In this document: one piece after another, positions 27,860 through 37,920 of the stretch
Position numbering within the stretch: position 1 is the stretch's first letter
Layout of the letters: every line of letters starts with the position of its first letter
Source: Minisyncoccota bacterium
GTDB lineage: Bacteria > Patescibacteriota > Minisyncoccia > Phycocordibacterales > UBA918
Reading direction: 5' to 3'
Length of the DNA: 64,000 nucleotides
Assembly: GCA_041688155.1 (NCBI GenBank)
Contig: JBDNIW010000012.1
Span: forward strand, 202 to 64,201
The notes under the pieces: model-generated
The model's input: only the letters and a program-made list of their open reading frames with translations
Databases searched by the model: none
What the model was told of the DNA's origin: nothing
Made by a program: the position numbers and the translations under genes

Positions 27860-28621
27860 ATGGAAATTATTTTAGCCTTTGTAATGATGGTGTGGACGCA
27901 GTGGTTTGGTGGTGGGGTGGTCGAGCCGGTGCTGACTCCGGCCGAACAGTCGGTCCAAATTGAAGTGGTTGCAGTCATGTCGGTGATTGACGGCGACACC
28001 ATTCGCGTCTCGATTGATGGTGTTACAGAAACCGTACGCTACATCGGCATCGACACTCCCGAACCGTATCGCGACCGGGAGCCAGCTTGCTACAGTGCGC
28101 AAGCAACAGCAAAAAACCAGGCGCTGCTCGCAGCCGGAGTAGTCACGCTAGTAGCTGATGCTGAAAACCGTGATCGTTACGATCGGTTGTTACGCTACGT
28201 CTACGTTGACGGCACTTTGCTTAACGAGCAGTTGGTCCGCGGCGGGTACGCCACGACGATGACCATCCCCCCAAACACCGCCAAGCGAGAACTGCTCTCC
28301 GTCGCCGAGGCAGACGCTCAGACCGCTGGAGCTGGACTATGGTCGGCTTGTGCGGCGACTGCACCGCAACCAGAGTCAGTCGCCATCGAGCTAGAAGCCA
28401 CACCCGAACCACTCGCCCTAGTTGACGTCTCCAGACTCAGTCCGGGACAACAGCAACTCCTCGAGACACTCGGTATCGACGGTACCGCATTTACCATCAA
28501 TCAGCAGATGATCACCTGCGCCGAGGCAGCTGTCGGCGCTGACCGCGTTGCTGCCGTCACCGCAGGTGGGTTGCCAACGTTTATGGAAGGAGTCCGGTTG
28601 GTAGGGTGTTACCGCCAGTAG
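27860..28621 (+). CDS. thermonuclease (staphylococcal nuclease-like) with a C-terminal extension
   Basis: VIDGDTIRV...YIGIDTPE...RLLRYVYVDG...GLW are SNase motifs. Confidence 0.8.
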   Translation: MEIILAFVMMVWTQWFGGGVVEPVLTPAEQSVQIEVVAVMSVIDGDTIRVSIDGVTETVRYIGIDTPEPYRDREPACYSAQATAKNQALLAAGVVTLVADAENRDRYDRLLRYVYVDGTLLNEQLVRGGYATTMTIPPNTAKRELLSVAEADAQTAGAGLWSACAATAPQPESVAIELEATPEPLALVDVSRLSPGQQQLLETLGIDGTAFTINQQMITCAEAAVGADRVAAVTAGGLPTFMEGVRLVGCYRQ

Positions 28622-28637
28622 GGTCGGTGTCTGGGAT

Positions 28638-28892
28638 TTAGCCGGGACGTAGGCCTTTGCGGGATTTGCGCGCTGTACTTCCGTCGGCAGTTTTTTGGAA
28701 TCTATTGCGCAGATCAGCTACGCCAGGCGCACTAGCGGGCCCAGCTGGTTTGGAAGCCGCCACCGTTTTATTTAGTCGGTCACGCCAAAGCTGCCCAGCC
28801 GTAGCTGGCTCAGTAGTTTCAACTTTTGATTCTGTATCCGTAGTCCTCGGCTCAGTGGTCAGATCATCAGGGTTCGGCGCGTCGGTTGTCAT
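28638..28892 (-). CDS. hypothetical protein (84 aa); the strand choice against the overlapping + ORF is uncertain
   Basis: ORF only. Confidence 0.2.
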   Translation of the reverse strand: MTTDAPNPDDLTTEPRTTDTESKVETTEPATAGQLWRDRLNKTVAASKPAGPASAPGVADLRNRFQKTADGSTARKSRKGLRPG

Positions 28893-28996
28893 GCTGGCAG
28901 TGTAGCAAGTTTTATGGTGCTGTACAGTGCGGACGTGGTTTCATCGTCCAATAGGTAGTTTTCCCACGACGTTTTTATTCGTGGTAGCATAAACCT

Positions 28997-29236
28997 ATGA
29001 AAAAAATATTCTGTAGCGACCTCGGTGGACCAGAGAACTGTGAGGTAGAGTTCAGAGGAGACGATCCGGCCGCTATAGTGAAAAACTGCCAAGAACACGT
29101 AATGGAGGAAGTAGAGGGCGGCGACAGCGACCACCAAGACGCCGTAGAAAACATGTCCGGCATGTCCCCCGAAGAACAACAAGAAAAATACACCGAGTAC
29201 CTACAAATTTGTACTGATGCGTTTAAGCGAGATTAG
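28997..29236 (+). CDS. DUF1059-like small metal-binding protein
   Basis: Translation MKKIFCSDLGGPENCEVEFRGDD... matches the DUF1059 N-terminal pattern. Confidence 0.5.
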   Translation: MKKIFCSDLGGPENCEVEFRGDDPAAIVKNCQEHVMEEVEGGDSDHQDAVENMSGMSPEEQQEKYTEYLQICTDAFKRD

Positions 29237-29288
29237 GGGAGTGGGAGTGTAAACAACAAACCACCCGTTTGGGTGGTTTGTCATTGTG

Positions 29289-29690
29289 GAGATGGCGGGA
29301 GTTGGTCACGAATCACTAAGTATATTGTTTCGCTGCGCTCACAATCTACTAAGTGTTCTCGACCCCGCCTCAACTGTTGTAGAGCCACATGTTTCCGTCT
29401 TTCAACTCCCGATGAAAGCAAAACTGTTTGCTTTCTCCATCTCCACCGAGCAAACAAAAAACGCTCTTGCGAGCGTTAATGTTTCCTGGTGGAGATGGCG
29501 GGAGTTGTCCTGACGGTCACAAATTCGCTTACGCTCATAAGTGCCGCGGGACATGGCTCGACTGTTTTGTGCCTTAGGAAAAGGCACAAAACATATCTCC
29601 GCTGTTCAACTCCCGACGAAAGCAAAACTGTTTGCTTTCTCCATCTCCACCGAGCAAACAAAAAACGCTCTTGCGAGCGTTAATGTTTCC
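29289..29690. repeat. two tandem ~210-bp units downstream of ssrA, each ending in a copy of the tmRNA 3' terminus (GGAGATGGCGGGAGTTG) and each carrying a copy of the ssrA terminator hairpin
   Basis: About 105 bp of each unit are near-identical (1 mismatch) and the rest has diverged. The tmRNA 3'-end fragment occurs 3 times in total (29289, 29481, 29691). Confidence 0.85.
29660..29684 (-). terminator. ssrA terminator (AACGCTC-GCAA-GAGCGTT followed by TTTTTTG on the minus strand)
   Basis: Hairpin plus U-run immediately 3' of the tmRNA CCA end. Confidence 0.75.
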
Positions 29691-30085
29691 TGGTGGAGAT
29701 GGCGGGAGTTGAACCCGCGTCCGAATTAGGGTGCGATTGTGATTCTACAGTGTGTAGGACATTCTTTGGTTTAAAGTCGCTCACTCAAGAATGAACAAAA
29801 CATGAGCGCCTCGAGTTCTTACAATCTTGACCTGCTATATGAACGGTATAGTAGTGTCCAGTCTCGTGTTTATTTTACCCCACTCAGCGTATGAGACGTT
29901 TACTGAGGGAGCATCTCTCCGAGCGAGCGGTTACGCTACAGCGAAGGGAGAGAATCCAAACGCGTTAGCGTAAGGACTTGGTATTGCTTTGTTTGCAAGT
30001 ACAGAGTGGAACCTTTTAACGAATTGATTCCAATTTCGACACTGCACACAACCGACACGACTAACCGTCGATGCCTGGCATCCCC
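29691..30085 (-). ncRNA. ssrA: tmRNA (SsrA), one-piece, 395 nt
   Basis: 5' GGGGAUGCCAGGCAUCGACGG... and 3' ...GGACGCGGGUUCAACUCCCGCCAUCUCCACCA. The tRNA-like acceptor has a G3:U wobble. The internal tag reading frame ends ...ANAFGFSPFAVA-UAA. smpB lies upstream on the same strand. Confidence 0.9.
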
Positions 30086-30138
30086 TATAGGGGTCCGACG
30101 TGGCAAGTAAAATTGCTGCGTCGGACTCTGGTAGGGAA

Positions 30139-30495
30139 CTATGTGCTTTCAATCTCTGGAGGCATAAGAAGCAACTGACGAAAATGGTCAATCGGGCGAT
30201 TCAGGTTGCTGTGACAGCTGTAATACAGACGGACCGGTATGACGCTCAGGTCAAGGTGACATTGCTGGTTGCAATAACCAGCTTGCATCAGTAGCGCCAA
30301 TTGGACTTGAGGGATATCTTGCGGTACGCCCATACTAATGGCCGATAACCACGTTTCGAAACTGATTCCCATGGGTATCTCCTTTGATTGAAATGTAATT
30401 TGGTTACTTAGAGGTGGTGCGGAGGTATCGACTATTCGATAGGTTTCCTCCGCAACGTGGTCTAGTTTAGGGGGCCAGCCCATGATTCGATCCAA
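30139..30495 (-). CDS. hypothetical protein (118 aa) between smpB and ssrA
   Basis: ORF only. Confidence 0.3.
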   Translation of the reverse strand: MDRIMGWPPKLDHVAEETYRIVDTSAPPLSNQITFQSKEIPMGISFETWLSAISMGVPQDIPQVQLALLMQAGYCNQQCHLDLSVIPVRLYYSCHSNLNRPIDHFRQLLLMPPEIEST

Positions 30496-30761
30496 ACTTG
30501 TAGACCGGCTGGGTCGCGTTCGGCTGCCATCAAAAAGTCTTCGGCTAACATGCCGATGTCACTGAGTGCGTCGTGCAAAGCATCGCCTAAAGATGTTCCT
30601 GGCTCAATTTCATCAATGTCGATGTGCACACCAATTTCCAAATTGGCCGGCATACCTTCATCTTTGAGTATGCTATCCCAAAATTCTTTTTGTCCCATGT
30701 TCATCTCCTGTTGTTCTGTTGCAACCTGCTCTTTGCAAGAAGGATGGATCATTGTGACCAC
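30462..30761 (-). CDS. hypothetical acidic protein (99 aa) between smpB and ssrA
   Basis: ORF only. Same strand as smpB and ssrA. Confidence 0.35.
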   Translation of the reverse strand: MVTMIHPSCKEQVATEQQEMNMGQKEFWDSILKDEGMPANLEIGVHIDIDEIEPGTSLGDALHDALSDIGMLAEDFLMAAERDPAGLQVWIESWAGPLN

Positions 30762-30780
30762 CTTTGAGTAACCAAATTAT

Positions 30781-31227
30781 TTACTGACTTTTCAAGGTTC
30801 TATCGATCTCGCGTTTGTTGTCGCGGTCCTTTATGGATTCTCGCTTGTCTGTCTTCTTTTTACCACGGGCGAGGGCAATTTTCAACTTTATTTTTCCACC
30901 TGAACCATACCACGAAATAGGCACTATTGTCAATCTGTTGGCTCTGGTTTCTACTTCGAGTCGGTCTAACTGTTTTTTGGACAAAAGTAGTTTGCGGGCT
31001 CGCTCGGGGTGGTAGTTTTTGCTGGTGTTGGCTACCTGGAACGGGGCGATGCTAGCGCCAGTGAGCCACGCCTCACCGTGGGTGATCATGACGTATGATC
31101 CTTCGAGTTTACCCTTGCCGGCACGGATTGATTTGACTTCGGACCCAATCAAAACCGCCCCCGCTTCAAACGTATCGAGGTGTTCAAAATCAAACGTGGC
31201 TTTGCGGTTTTTGATAAAAGTAGGCAT
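30781..31227 (-). CDS. smpB: SsrA-binding protein SmpB
   Basis: Translation ...IKNRKATFDFEHLDTFEAGAVLIGSEVKSIRAGK.... Basic C-terminal tail. Confidence 0.92.
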   Translation of the reverse strand: MPTFIKNRKATFDFEHLDTFEAGAVLIGSEVKSIRAGKGKLEGSYVMITHGEAWLTGASIAPFQVANTSKNYHPERARKLLLSKKQLDRLEVETRANRLTIVPISWYGSGGKIKLKIALARGKKKTDKRESIKDRDNKREIDRTLKSQ

Positions 31228-31238
31228 AGATTTAGATA

Positions 31239-32222
31239 TTGTACTCTAGCAGTGGTAAGATAGCGAAACTAATTATGATTTTTGAAGGCGACAGAGGTGT
31301 GATATCTGCCATAAAAGAAAAGAAACGCCTCATGGAGGCTGGGCTAGAACATGGACATATCAAACCACTGTTGGTAATTGACGGCGGCCTGATGAAAGGG
31401 GCGTATGGAGTTGGAGCAGCGTTGGCAATCGAGGAACTTGGTTTGACAGATGCGTTTGATAACGTAGTTGGTATTTCTTCTGGTGCCCCGACAGCAGCGT
31501 ATTTTGTCTCCGGAGATGTTTCTTCGGGTTCATCAGTGATTTGGAAATACTGTTGTTCAAAAGAGTTTCTGAATATGTGGCGGTTTTGGAACCAGGTTGA
31601 TACTGACTATTTTATGTCAGTTTTAAAGGATTCTACAAAATGCGGGCTACAAACTGACAAAATATTGAGTGCTCGTCCAAAGCTTCATATCGGTGTCGCT
31701 AATTTTGAGACAGGAAAACCTTCATTGTTCCAGCCAACAACTGAATCTGGTCTATTTAATAGCATTCAAGCATCGATACTGATGCCAAACGTCTCGAATG
31801 ACATTGTTCATATTGATGATATTAGATACGTAGATGGTGGATTTACTAACCCGCATGTTCTGACATGCGTACTAGACCAAATTGAGGTTACACACATGTT
31901 AATGATAACTAATCAGAATCATATCGATCAACTAATTCCTGACCTCCCTTGGCTCGAACGTTTTTTGAACCATACATTGTTTCGCAGAAGAATGCCAAAG
32001 TTGTTACGCTTTGCTGCGCACGAACGGTGGCGAACGAGAACGGTGGCGATTGAGAAAATAAAAAAAAATACGTCTATTGCGTGTGCGCTTGTTTGGGGAA
32101 ATCGATCAATCAAAAGTATGGAGCGTGACGCTGATAAAGTGCAACGGGTAGTTGAAGCGTCTCGAAAGTGGTGGATGGAGCTTCTGATTGACGAAACGGT
32201 GAAAGACACGCAAAATCCCTAG
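31239..32222 (+). CDS. patatin-like phospholipase
   Basis: Oxyanion-hole motif DGGLMKGAYGVGAA, nucleophile motif GISSGA (GxSxG), catalytic-Asp context VDGGF. Confidence 0.8.
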   Translation: MYSSSGKIAKLIMIFEGDRGVISAIKEKKRLMEAGLEHGHIKPLLVIDGGLMKGAYGVGAALAIEELGLTDAFDNVVGISSGAPTAAYFVSGDVSSGSSVIWKYCCSKEFLNMWRFWNQVDTDYFMSVLKDSTKCGLQTDKILSARPKLHIGVANFETGKPSLFQPTTESGLFNSIQASILMPNVSNDIVHIDDIRYVDGGFTNPHVLTCVLDQIEVTHMLMITNQNHIDQLIPDLPWLERFLNHTLFRRRMPKLLRFAAHERWRTRTVAIEKIKKNTSIACALVWGNRSIKSMERDADKVQRVVEASRKWWMELLIDETVKDTQNP

Positions 32223-32254
32223 CGTCAAGGCTCTTTTTCTGTATAATAGCGATC

Positions 32255-34348
32255 ATGACTAACCACGACAAAAACAAGCAGACTACCGACAAACCAACCC
32301 CTGAAACTCCAGTGGTTGTACCTGAGAGTGAGCCGGAAGAAACTGTCGATGAGGTAAAGCAGCCAAAAACCAAAATTCCTAAAGGTCACAAAGTCGACCT
32401 CAAAAAAGTCGGAAAAAACATGCAACTCGGTCCCGGAAATTTCTGGAACAATATGCTCTCAACAGTATTATTGTTGATTTTTGTAATTGCGGTGTTCTCA
32501 TACCTGACCGAAACACAGCCAGCTGAGCCGACGTCGCTGACGTTGTCTGCGGTAGTGAACCAGATCAAAGCGGGGGAAGTGAGTGAGATCATCGTGCGCG
32601 GGAGTACCATCGAGGTCAACTACAACGTCGAAGGTTGGGTCCCTGGTGAAGCCAAAAAAGAAGTTGATGCGTCGGTAACTGATTCGCTTACTAGTCTCGG
32701 GGTGACCACTGACGAACTGGCTACGGTATCAATCGACGTGCAGCGAGAAACCGGACTGGCGTACTGGCTGGGTATGCTGGCACCGTTTATTTTCCCATTG
32801 TTGTTCCTCGGGATTATTATTTGGTTTGTTTTGCGGTCGATGAAAGGTGGCGGGATGCAGGCGCTGAGTTTTGGGAACAGCAAAGCGCGCATGATTGACC
32901 CCGAAGACCTCAAAAACAAAGTGACGTTCAAAGACGTCGCCGGGGCCAAAGAAGCCAAGCAAGAGTTAGAAGAAATTGTCGATTTTCTCAAGAACCCGAA
33001 GAAGTTCCTCGACATTGGAGCGGAGATCCCGAAAGGCGTGATGATGATGGGGTCGCCAGGCACGGGAAAGACTCTGCTCGCGCGCGCCGTCGCCGGGGAA
33101 GCTGGGGTGCCGTTTTTCTCTATCTCTGGATCAGAGTTCGTGGAGATGTTTGTGGGTGTGGGTGCATCACGCGTGCGTGATTTGTTTAGTATGGCTAAGA
33201 AAAACTCACCGGCGATTATTTTTATCGATGAGATTGACGCGGTGGGACGGGTACGGGGGTCAGGGACAGGGGGTGGAAACGACGAGCGAGAGCAGACACT
33301 CAACCAGATATTGGTTGAGATGGACGGGTTTGAGCCTAACGCCAAGGTAATCATCATGGCCGCGACCAACCGGCCGGATGTGTTGGACCCAGCGTTGCTA
33401 CGGCCAGGTCGGTTTGACCGCCGGGTGACGATTGATCTACCTGACCGCCTCGATCGCGAGGCCATCCTCAAGGTCCACGCCCGCAAAAAACCTCTGCAAG
33501 AGGATGTGAACCTCGAAATCGTCGCTCAGCGAACGCCAGGATTCTCGGGTGCTGATCTAGCGTCACTCATGAACGAAGCGGCCATCCTGGCCGCCCGCGA
33601 AGAGCGTAAGAAAGTAGGTCAGTTTGACGTGATCCGTTCAATTGAGAAAGTCATGCTGGGACCTGAACGCAAAAGTCACGTGATGTCCAAATACGAAAAA
33701 ACCGTAACGGCGTATCACGAGGTAGGACACGCGCTCGTAGCCTCAGCGCTACCATACGCCGACCCAGTACAAAAAATCTCCATCATTTCCCGGGGGCGAG
33801 CAGCTGGATATACCCTGAAACTGCCTGACCAAGACCGTCGCATGCACACCAAAAAAGAATTCCTCGATGACATCGCGATGACGCTCGGTGGGTACGTGAC
33901 TGAGCAGATGATATTTAACGACCTCTCAACTGGTCCGAGTAACGACCTACAGGTGGTCGCGAATCTGGCCCGCGACATGGTCACCAAATACGGCATGAGC
34001 GAGACGCTTGGTCCGATTGCACTAGAAGGAACGGGTGGGCGAATGATTGGTGGTGGTATGAGCGAGAACCGCGGTTACAGTCCCCAGGTCGCTAAAGCCA
34101 TTGATGAGGAAGTGTCCAAAATTATCGAAGCTGGTATGGTAACCGCCAAAGAGATCCTCACCAAGTACCGCCCAGCACTGGAAGCAATCTCTAAACGCCT
34201 AGTCGAAGTCGAGACGATGGAGCGAGAAGAGTACGAAGCGCTACTCAAGCGAGAAGGAGTTGAAATCAAAGACGCGTACGAAGAAATGTACGGCGAAAAA
34301 AGAGCAGCAGCAGACCCAAGTAAAGTTGTAGAGTCAGCCAAAGCCTAA
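32255..34348 (+). CDS. ftsH: ATP-dependent zinc metalloprotease FtsH
   Basis: Walker [14 protein letters not shown], second region of homology, and HEVGHAL zinc motif. 697 aa. Confidence 0.95.
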   Translation: MTNHDKNKQTTDKPTPETPVVVPESEPEETVDEVKQPKTKIPKGHKVDLKKVGKNMQLGPGNFWNNMLSTVLLLIFVIAVFSYLTETQPAEPTSLTLSAVVNQIKAGEVSEIIVRGSTIEVNYNVEGWVPGEAKKEVDASVTDSLTSLGVTTDELATVSIDVQRETGLAYWLGMLAPFIFPLLFLGIIIWFVLRSMKGGGMQALSFGNSKARMIDPEDLKNKVTFKDVAGAKEAKQELEEIVDFLKNPKKFLDIGAEIPKGVMMMGSPGTGKTLLARAVAGEAGVPFFSISGSEFVEMFVGVGASRVRDLFSMAKKNSPAIIFIDEIDAVGRVRGSGTGGGNDEREQTLNQILVEMDGFEPNAKVIIMAATNRPDVLDPALLRPGRFDRRVTIDLPDRLDREAILKVHARKKPLQEDVNLEIVAQRTPGFSGADLASLMNEAAILAAREERKKVGQFDVIRSIEKVMLGPERKSHVMSKYEKTVTAYHEVGHALVASALPYADPVQKISIISRGRAAGYTLKLPDQDRRMHTKKEFLDDIAMTLGGYVTEQMIFNDLSTGPSNDLQVVANLARDMVTKYGMSETLGPIALEGTGGRMIGGGMSENRGYSPQVAKAIDEEVSKIIEAGMVTAKEILTKYRPALEAISKRLVEVETMEREEYEALLKREGVEIKDAYEEMYGEKRAAADPSKVVESAKA

Positions 34349-34391
34349 CTAGCTAGGATAAACAAAAACCGGCGCCATCAGGCGCTGGTTT

Positions 34392-35081
34392 TTATTTGAG
34401 TTGTTCGATACTCGTCACTAGGCCGTCTTCCATGTGGATGATGCGGTCACACCCCAGAGCGTATTCACGTTCGTGGGTGACCATGACGACGGTCTGGCCG
34501 TCGTTGCGGTTGAGGTCGGCGATCAGCGCGATCACTTGTGTGCCTGAGACGGTGTCGAGGTTAGCGGTTGGCTCGTCAGCAAACAGGATTTTGGGTTTGC
34601 CTGCGACCGCTCGCGCGATTGATACGCGCTGCTGCTCGCCACCGGAGAGTTCGGCTGGGAGGTTGGCGTATTTACCCTCGAGTCCGACGCCGTCTATCGC
34701 CGCTCGCGCCATGGCTTTGGCCTCAGCCCAGACATACCCGCGCATGAGTAGAGGGAGCATGACGTTTTCCTCTGCCGAGAGGTCGGGTACCAGCGCGTAG
34801 TTTTGGAACACGTACCCGAGGGTGTTCAGCCTAAAGGTGGTACTTTCGTGTTCGTTTAATGGGACTACGTCAATGCCGTTGACGATGATTGTTCCTTCGG
34901 TTGGCTCATCGAGTACCGACAGCTGATACATCAACGTTGATTTGCCCGCGCCTGATTTGCCCATGATGGCGACGAACTCACCTTCCTTCACGGTCACGTC
35001 AATCCCCTTGAGGATATGCGCTTCGAGCGCGCCTGTGCCGAATTTTCGATGAATGTTGGTAGCTGTGATTATATCGGTCAT
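34392..35081 (-). CDS. ABC transporter ATP-binding protein (MacB/LolD/FtsE-like)
   Basis: Walker A GKSGAGKST, signature LSGGEQQR, Walker B ILFADEPT. Confidence 0.85.
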   Translation of the reverse strand: MTDIITATNIHRKFGTGALEAHILKGIDVTVKEGEFVAIMGKSGAGKSTLMYQLSVLDEPTEGTIIVNGIDVVPLNEHESTTFRLNTLGYVFQNYALVPDLSAEENVMLPLLMRGYVWAEAKAMARAAIDGVGLEGKYANLPAELSGGEQQRVSIARAVAGKPKILFADEPTANLDTVSGTQVIALIADLNRNDGQTVVMVTHEREYALGCDRIIHMEDGLVTSIEQLK

Positions 35082-35097
35082 ATACAAATAATTAAAA

Positions 35098-36351
35098 TTA
35101 CTTCCTGCCCAGGATAGAGTTAAGGGTGTTTTGCCTGACGATGATCCAGGCTGGTATGAACCCTGCAAAGAGGGTGATAATCATCAAAATAATAAAGCGA
35201 TACAGGGTGCCAATTGGTTCCGCTACTAGGATGCCGTCACTAAAGGGAAAGTCGATGGGGTTGGCATCAAAGTATCCTACTAGGAACCCGTAGGTGATTA
35301 GTATCCCTAGTAGGGAGCCCACCAGTGCATAGAAGGCTGATTGCAACACATAGGCTACCTCGATAACCTTTCTGTCGATACCGATTCCTTTGAGAATCCC
35401 AATCTGTTGCCGTCTACTGATAGCGTTGATAAAGATTATGATAAAAATCGTGATGGACGCCACTATAATCCCGATTGCACCAATGAGGGTTCCAAGGATG
35501 CTAAATGTCTGTTTGATATCAGTAATAAATTTTGGCAGAGCTTCTTGAAACGTACGGATAATTCCAAACTCATCAAGCCCTTGTCCTACTAAAATAGCTT
35601 TAACCGCTATTCCCGTGGCTGGTGTTTTGTCAGCTAACCTAATGACAATCCCGTTAGCATCTCGACTGGAGCTGTCACTCAGCCGACGTAGTTCTTTTTC
35701 TGGTAGGTATACAAAACTAGCGACGTCACCTGCTTTGGCGTTGATGATGCCTTTGACGGTGAATTCTTGACTGGCACCGTTAACGGTGACTCGGACTGAG
35801 TCACCTGGAAATACATTTTCAAGTGAGCCAGTAATATCAGCAAAGCCAGCGGTGTAGCGGTCGAGATTAAGCGCACCGATTAGGATATAGCCTGATTCGT
35901 TTGGATTGAAATATTCACCCTCAACTAGATTGTCTGCTAGCGCGGTGACGGTATTTTCAGCGACAGGATCAATCCCTAACGCCCGGGCGCCAATCGTATT
36001 TGTTTCGATACCGAAATCACGCCTCGTCTTGTAGTTGGCGGTTACCTGTACGCTTTGGGTATATCGAATACTGTATGAAGCAACCTCTGGAATAGTATCC
36101 AGCGTCCGACGAATAGTTTCCGTTTGCAAAATCTTCTCCTCATCATCGAGTGCGGTAATGATGATGTCACCAATTGACTGGTCCTGCACCGCTCGTTCTG
36201 AGCCAGCAATCAGACCAACTAAAATACCTGACACAGCAATCAGATTGAGAAAGGTAAGCATCATCACAAAGATAATCAGGGCCGTGGTCCAGAAATTAGC
36301 CCGTTGGATTTGGCGGAAGCCGAGCAAGAACCCGATGCGGAGTGCGCGCAT
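35098..36351 (-). CDS. ABC transporter permease, FtsX/MacB-type
   Basis: 417 aa. N-terminal TM, large extracytoplasmic domain, three C-terminal TM segments. Confidence 0.75.
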   Translation of the reverse strand: MRALRIGFLLGFRQIQRANFWTTALIIFVMMLTFLNLIAVSGILVGLIAGSERAVQDQSIGDIIITALDDEEKILQTETIRRTLDTIPEVASYSIRYTQSVQVTANYKTRRDFGIETNTIGARALGIDPVAENTVTALADNLVEGEYFNPNESGYILIGALNLDRYTAGFADITGSLENVFPGDSVRVTVNGASQEFTVKGIINAKAGDVASFVYLPEKELRRLSDSSSRDANGIVIRLADKTPATGIAVKAILVGQGLDEFGIIRTFQEALPKFITDIKQTFSILGTLIGAIGIIVASITIFIIIFINAISRRQQIGILKGIGIDRKVIEVAYVLQSAFYALVGSLLGILITYGFLVGYFDANPIDFPFSDGILVAEPIGTLYRFIILMIITLFAGFIPAWIIVRQNTLNSILGRK

Positions 36352-36356
36352 AGTGA

Positions 36357-37862
36357 CTAGGGCGCGACGACAATATCGCCTTGGTTAAGACCAGTAATCG
36401 CAGTGAAGCCGTCGTTACCAGTGAGGGTGACGTTTACCGTTGTGGTGGCTACCAGTTCGCCGACTTTGGTGCGCACTTGTGCACCGCCATCGGTCTGTGT
36501 GACGAATCGTGACGGGACGCGCAGACTGTCAGCGGCGTCAATAATCACGATGTCGATGTCAGCGTTCAGGCCACTACGCATCCAAACGGGAGTGTCATCA
36601 AGCGAAATAATGGCTTCGTAGTATGCCACCCCATCAATCTCGGTGGCTTGCAATGAGATGAATTCGATTGATCCAAGTAGCAGTGCGTCCGGTTGCGTGT
36701 CAAACACCGTGCGGACCGATTGTCCTAGGGCTAGCTTGCCAATGTCAATCTCCGGAATCCTCGCGGTTAATTCAAAATCAGTGGCCGCAAGCAGGGTAAT
36801 CACCGGTGTCGTGCCAACCGTCTCACCCGGCAAACTGTCGATCACGGTAATCGTGCCAGCAAATGGCGCGCGGATAGTGCGGTCTGCAATCTGGGCGTCG
36901 ACCCGGGCAATGCGAGCATTAGCGCTCGAGATGTCGGCGTTGGCGCGAGCGACTGATTCGCTGCGGGCTGGGGCATTGGTACTCACGGCGTTGATTTCGG
37001 CCAGTTCGAGGTCTTGCTCAGCGATAGTGATAGCGCTTGCGGCTTGGGTTTTGGCCAGGGTGTACCCATTACGATTAGCGATGTAGCGGGCTGATTCTTT
37101 GTTCGGGATGTCTATAGTCCAGGTCGTATTGCTGTAGCGCGAGTTAGCGCTAAATAGTACCTGAATCCCGCAATCACCCATGGTAACCGGCTGGTCGCTC
37201 GATACTGCATACGTACCAGACTCCAACCCAGATAGCCTGAACGAATACCCAGAGTTTGATCCAGACGAATACGTCTCGAGTGTATAGCGACCTTCCGCCT
37301 CGCAGGTGTAGGTCCCGGAGACTGTTGGTGCAATTGCCTCTTCACCCGGGTCGTCACTAGCGGCTGTGAGGTCAGTTGAGAGCAAGGTGCGGTACGCGTT
37401 GTTGATCAGATCAGCCTGGGTATTTCTGATAGTGGTCAGGGTGGTGGCCTTAAACGCAATTGCCCCGACCGTAGCAGCGCGCGATTCTGATTGGGGACCA
37501 GCTAGGAGTTCGTCGCGTGTAGCCACCGCGCGCGCGAGGTTCGCAAACGCGTCTTGCCGGTCGGCCTGCAAGGCACGGGATTCGAGTGTGATTAGCACAT
37601 CGCCCGCGGCCACCACGTCACCCCTGTTGACGTTGACGTTGGAAATAATCCCGGTGGTAGGAAACGCCAGCTCAGCGCTTTGCTCCGCCTCAACCACCCC
37701 GGTGACTGACACCAGCTGCTGCACGCTACCGCGGTCGACCGTAGCAGTCACATAGTCAATCGGCTGGTTACTGCGCACTGTCACCACCATAAAAATAATA
37801 AACCCAATCACCGCCAACGCAATCGCAACGTGAAAGGAACGGCTCATCAACAGCTTTTTCAT
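36357..37862 (-). CDS. HlyD/MacA-family periplasmic adaptor (membrane-fusion protein) with an enlarged central domain
   Basis: N-terminal TM, lipoyl and beta-barrel motifs (VVAAGDVLITLES...), 501 aa. Confidence 0.7.
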   Translation of the reverse strand: MKKLLMSRSFHVAIALAVIGFIIFMVVTVRSNQPIDYVTATVDRGSVQQLVSVTGVVEAEQSAELAFPTTGIISNVNVNRGDVVAAGDVLITLESRALQADRQDAFANLARAVATRDELLAGPQSESRAATVGAIAFKATTLTTIRNTQADLINNAYRTLLSTDLTAASDDPGEEAIAPTVSGTYTCEAEGRYTLETYSSGSNSGYSFRLSGLESGTYAVSSDQPVTMGDCGIQVLFSANSRYSNTTWTIDIPNKESARYIANRNGYTLAKTQAASAITIAEQDLELAEINAVSTNAPARSESVARANADISSANARIARVDAQIADRTIRAPFAGTITVIDSLPGETVGTTPVITLLAATDFELTARIPEIDIGKLALGQSVRTVFDTQPDALLLGSIEFISLQATEIDGVAYYEAIISLDDTPVWMRSGLNADIDIVIIDAADSLRVPSRFVTQTDGGAQVRTKVGELVATTTVNVTLTGNDGFTAITGLNQGDIVVAP

Positions 37863-37920
37863 ATGCCCTAGTATAGCATCCTAGATATGTAGGGTGTTGC
37901 TGCACTGATGTTAGAAAAAC

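Noticed and set aside
29273-29729. Four small + strand ORFs (MEMAGV... and similar) downstream of ssrA
   Set aside because: They are produced by the tandem repeats that copy the tmRNA 3' end, so they are not genes.
29931-30191. 86-aa minus ORF overlapping the tmRNA
   Set aside because: It is the tmRNA tag reading frame extended upstream into the RNA body. Only the terminal tag portion is meaningful.
31239-32222. Patatin as part of a CBASS-like or other defense operon
   Set aside because: No cyclase, effector partner or sensor genes are adjacent. Its neighbours are smpB and ftsH, so it is treated as a stand-alone lipase.
32620-33486. 288-aa antisense ORF within ftsH
   Set aside because: FtsH on the + strand is unambiguous.
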